This document shows positions 26,497-29,100 of a stretch of DNA of 29,100 nt, in pieces. The notes beneath the pieces are model-generated. The model was not told the origin of the DNA. It did not search any database and was given only the letters and a program-made list of their open reading frames with translations. Both the position numbers and the translations under genes were made by a program. Source of the DNA: Bacilli bacterium (GTDB taxonomy: Bacteria; Bacillota_I; Bacilli_A; RFN20; CAG-826); NCBI GenBank assembly GCA_041668145.1, contig JBAYDQ010000001.1, positions 1-29,100 of the forward strand, read 5' to 3'. The stretch's first letter is position 1; each line of letters opens with the position of its first letter.

Positions 26497-27321
26497 TTAT
26501 TTCATATTACCATTTGCTAAGAGAACTTGATACAAATCAAAATATTCTTGTGGGCTTATTTGTTCTGGTCGCCTATCGGGTTCAATATGAGTATCAAAGC
26601 AAATTTTTTGAGCTAAATTTCGATCTTTTAAATATGCAGTCAAATTATTGAGAATAGTTTTTCTTCTATTCAAAAATAATTGCTTACAAAGCAAATACGT
26701 CGAGAGGCAGTCGTTTCGTTGCGTGACGCTATTAATCGTAATTTTGAAAACGAATGAATTGCATTTTGGAGATGGATAAAATGATCCTGGCTTGACGGTA
26801 AATATTTTCTTTGAATCACCTAAGAGATGAATTAAAACCGAAATCGGTCCATAATTTTTCCCAGTCATATCAGAAAAACGAGAAAAAGCCTCAGCTTGGC
26901 ACATCAAAATATATTGATGGCAATTAACGGCGTTTATAATGAGATAAGTAACTAATTCAGTTGTAATATTGTAGGGTAGATTTCCAATTATTTTTGAATA
27001 GTGGCTAACATCAATGTTTCGGATGTCGTCATTAATTATTTTTAAATGTGGATAATCAGAATACGCACGTTTTAGAAAAAGCGTCATCCGTGAATCAATA
27101 TCAACAACATCGATTTTCGTTTCTGATAATAGGAGAAAATGAGTTAAAGATCCTAATCCAGGACCAATCTCTAAAATTGTATCATTTTCATCAATTTCTA
27201 ATTCGTTAACAATACGATTAGCAAGTAGAGAATCAATCAAAAAATTTTGCCCATAGTCCTTATCGGGAAATAAGTTTAATTTTTGAATTATATCATTGAT
27301 ATTTGAACGGTTAATTTCCAT
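26497..27321 (-). CDS. rsmA: 16S rRNA m6,2A1518/1519 dimethyltransferase (KsgA)
   Basis: YGQNFLID, LEIGPGLGSLT, GNLPYNIT, FYPSPK, RRKTILNNL. Confidence 0.97.
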   Translation of the reverse strand: MEINRSNINDIIQKLNLFPDKDYGQNFLIDSLLANRIVNELEIDENDTILEIGPGLGSLTHFLLLSETKIDVVDIDSRMTLFLKRAYSDYPHLKIINDDIRNIDVSHYSKIIGNLPYNITTELVTYLIINAVNCHQYILMCQAEAFSRFSDMTGKNYGPISVLIHLLGDSKKIFTVKPGSFYPSPKCNSFVFKITINSVTQRNDCLSTYLLCKQLFLNRRKTILNNLTAYLKDRNLAQKICFDTHIEPDRRPEQISPQEYFDLYQVLLANGNMK

Positions 27322-27843
27322 CTATATCTCCTTCATTATTGATGCGATTTTTTCTTTTGTATAATCTAGAGAATTTAATCTCTTTACTAACTGTTTTACA
27401 TTGACCAATCCTACTGGCACTTTTTTTGCAAAAATAGTTCGCATATCCTTTTTGTTAAGACCTAATGAAGATAAAAATGATGCATCAATATCCGAAACTT
27501 TTGCCGCTTTTTTTGAGCAAAAAGGCTTTAAAATTCGAATTATTTCTTCCTTCTGACATTCAGCCACACCATGTTTATGCTTTCTATTGCATTTATCAAG
27601 AGGAACACGAATATCAATTGAACCCGGAATTTTAATGCGTGATCTAATAGTTTCCCCGGCTGAGTCAGAATCAGTTAAAATCAGAATCGTTTTTCTATCA
27701 GTAACAGCGTTTAAATAAGCTATTTCAGTAGATGGTATTTCGTATCCATTGGTCATGACAATTTCTGCATCGACAAAAGATGATAAATAAGAAGCATCTT
27801 CTTTACCTTCAACAACAATAATGCCATCAAAATTCATTTTCAT
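27322..27843 (-). CDS. rnmV: Ribonuclease M5 (TOPRIM domain)
   Basis: IIVVEGKEDA, ILTDSDSAGETIR; tatD-rnmV-rsmA order. Start is ATG 27843 or 27837 rather than the track's 27891. Confidence 0.88.
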   Translation of the reverse strand: MKMNFDGIIVVEGKEDASYLSSFVDAEIVMTNGYEIPSTEIAYLNAVTDRKTILILTDSDSAGETIRSRIKIPGSIDIRVPLDKCNRKHKHGVAECQKEEIIRILKPFCSKKAAKVSDIDASFLSSLGLNKKDMRTIFAKKVPVGLVNVKQLVKRLNSLDYTKEKIASIMKEI

Positions 27844-27847
27844 TATT

Positions 27848-28615
27848 TTACACGTGAAACATTTGACAAGAGGTTTCATAAACAACATCAATGATATGTT
27901 TTTTGGATATTTTTTTGATGTTTGTTATTTCATCAATAACTAAAGCAATGTTCTTTGGTTCATTAATTGTTCCTCGCAATGGATGAGGAGAAAGATAGGG
28001 TGAATCAGTTTCAACAACCATTTTATCAAGAGGCGTATTTTCACATACTTCTTTTGGTCTTTTTGCATTAGTGAAGGTTAATGTCCCTCCAAATCCTATC
28101 AACAGACCTAAATCAATAACAGTTTGAATAGATTCAACACTACCAGAATAGCAGTGCATCACACCACCAAACATTGGTTTGTGTTGCTTTAATATCTGCA
28201 TGCAATCCTCAAAAGAGTCGCGATTATGGATCGTAATTGGCTTCTTATTTTGATTGGCGATTTCAATTTGTTTGATAAAAAATTCTTTTTGTATTTCTCT
28301 TTCACTAATTTCTTTATTCCAATGATAATCAAGGCCTATTTCTCCGACCGCCACAACTTTTGGGTCATTGATGTGCGACATAAGCTCATTAAATTCTTGA
28401 TTTGTAACATTAAAAACATTACAAGGATGGTATCCAATAGCGGCGTATATTTGTGGATATTTTTCTGCCAATTTGATAGCCAGTAAGGAACTATTATAAT
28501 CCCAACCGACAACTAAAAATTTATCAACACCAACTTTTTCAGCTTCGGCAATGATTTCATCAATTCGCGGATATAATTGTTCGTCGTTTAAATGACAATG
28601 GGTATCAAATATCAT
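27848..28615 (-). CDS. tatD: TatD family nuclease
   Basis: FDTHCH, VGEIGLDY, IHNRDS, MHCYSG, VETDSPYLSP. Confidence 0.96.
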   Translation of the reverse strand: MIFDTHCHLNDEQLYPRIDEIIAEAEKVGVDKFLVVGWDYNSSLLAIKLAEKYPQIYAAIGYHPCNVFNVTNQEFNELMSHINDPKVVAVGEIGLDYHWNKEISEREIQKEFFIKQIEIANQNKKPITIHNRDSFEDCMQILKQHKPMFGGVMHCYSGSVESIQTVIDLGLLIGFGGTLTFTNAKRPKEVCENTPLDKMVVETDSPYLSPHPLRGTINEPKNIALVIDEITNIKKISKKHIIDVVYETSCQMFHV

Positions 28616-28616
28616 T

Positions 28617-29100
28617 TTATTTACCTACACAAAAACGAGCAAAAATCTCTTTTGATATATCAATTTGATTTGCTTCGCCTAAAATTTCTAAAATAGCTTC
28701 ATAGGCATCTTTAAGAGATATGGAAACTAAATCAATGGGTAAATCGAATATCGCGTCTTGCTTGGCTTTTAAAAGCGATTCCTTGGTTCTTTCTAACAAG
28801 CCTAATTGACGAGCGTTGTTAAGAGCTGGTTGCATAAAAGATTGTTCATCCAAACCTAGCGAATGATAAATTTCATCAACTAAAGGCGTAATATCTTTCT
28901 TTAAGGCTGAGATTAATAGACCATGGCTTTCTTTGTTGATTTTTTTATCGCTTTTATTATAAACAATAATACGATTAGTGTTTTCGGTTATCTTTAATAT
29001 TTCCTGATCTTCAGAACTTAATTCTTCACTGGCGTCAAGAACCACGATAATTAATTCAGCTTGGGTAATTGTTTTTCTAGCTTTTTCAACGCCAATTGAC
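28617..29100 (-). CDS. mnmE: tRNA modification GTPase MnmE (3' part; runs off the right edge)
   Basis: The frame stays open to the window edge: SIGVEKARKTITQAELIIVVLDAS; G4 NKSD; ISALK; C-terminal IFARFCVGK. Confidence 0.96.
   Translation of the reverse strand, partial: SIGVEKARKTITQAELIIVVLDASEELSSEDQEILKITENTNRIIVYNKSDKKINKESHGLLISALKKDITPLVDEIYHSLGLDEQSFMQPALNNARQLGLLERTKESLLKAKQDAIFDLPIDLVSISLKDAYEAILEILGEANQIDISKEIFARFCVGK

Noticed and set aside
1-29100. Genetic code 4 (TGA as Trp)
   Set aside because: No gene is interrupted by TGA, and the Trp codons checked are TGG.
1-29100. CRISPR arrays, tRNA/rRNA genes, IS elements, prophage or defence genes
   Set aside because: By eye I found no spaced repeats, cloverleaf or rRNA-like tracts, transposase or integrase motifs, and no intergenic gap longer than about 220 bp.

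Overview
A low-GC, gene-dense bacterial window, mostly housekeeping. Gene content and order resemble Bacilli of the Erysipelotrichales/RFN20/Mollicutes-adjacent type, but that placement is my inference. Layout: (1) minus strand, read right to left: prfA-prmC-rpiB, comFA-comFC, secA (runs off the left edge). (2) Plus strand: dnaX-ybaB-recR-tmk-holB-ricT-rsmI, then typA. (3) Minus-strand mixed block: YgcE-like FGGY kinase, an unlisted 47-aa ORF, DUF3737, GrpB-like, degV, RimK-like ATP-grasp, RluA-family synthase. (4) ppdK on plus, divergent from the kinase. (5) Minus strand: mnmE (runs off the right edge)-tatD-rnmV-rsmA, then ispE-glmU-85-aa repeat protein-ROK kinase. I saw no rRNA, tRNA, CRISPR array, transposase or phage gene. 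Best leads: a small four-repeat beta-hairpin protein (beta-flower-like) coupled to glmU where prs normally sits; no TGA among 29 stop codons and none in frame; several apparently leaderless or near-leaderless genes; a terminator-like hairpin over the comFA start; an A-AAA-AAG slippery site after DnaX domain III; the 47-aa ORF abutting the orphan kinase. All family assignments come from motifs I recognised by eye; no searches were run.
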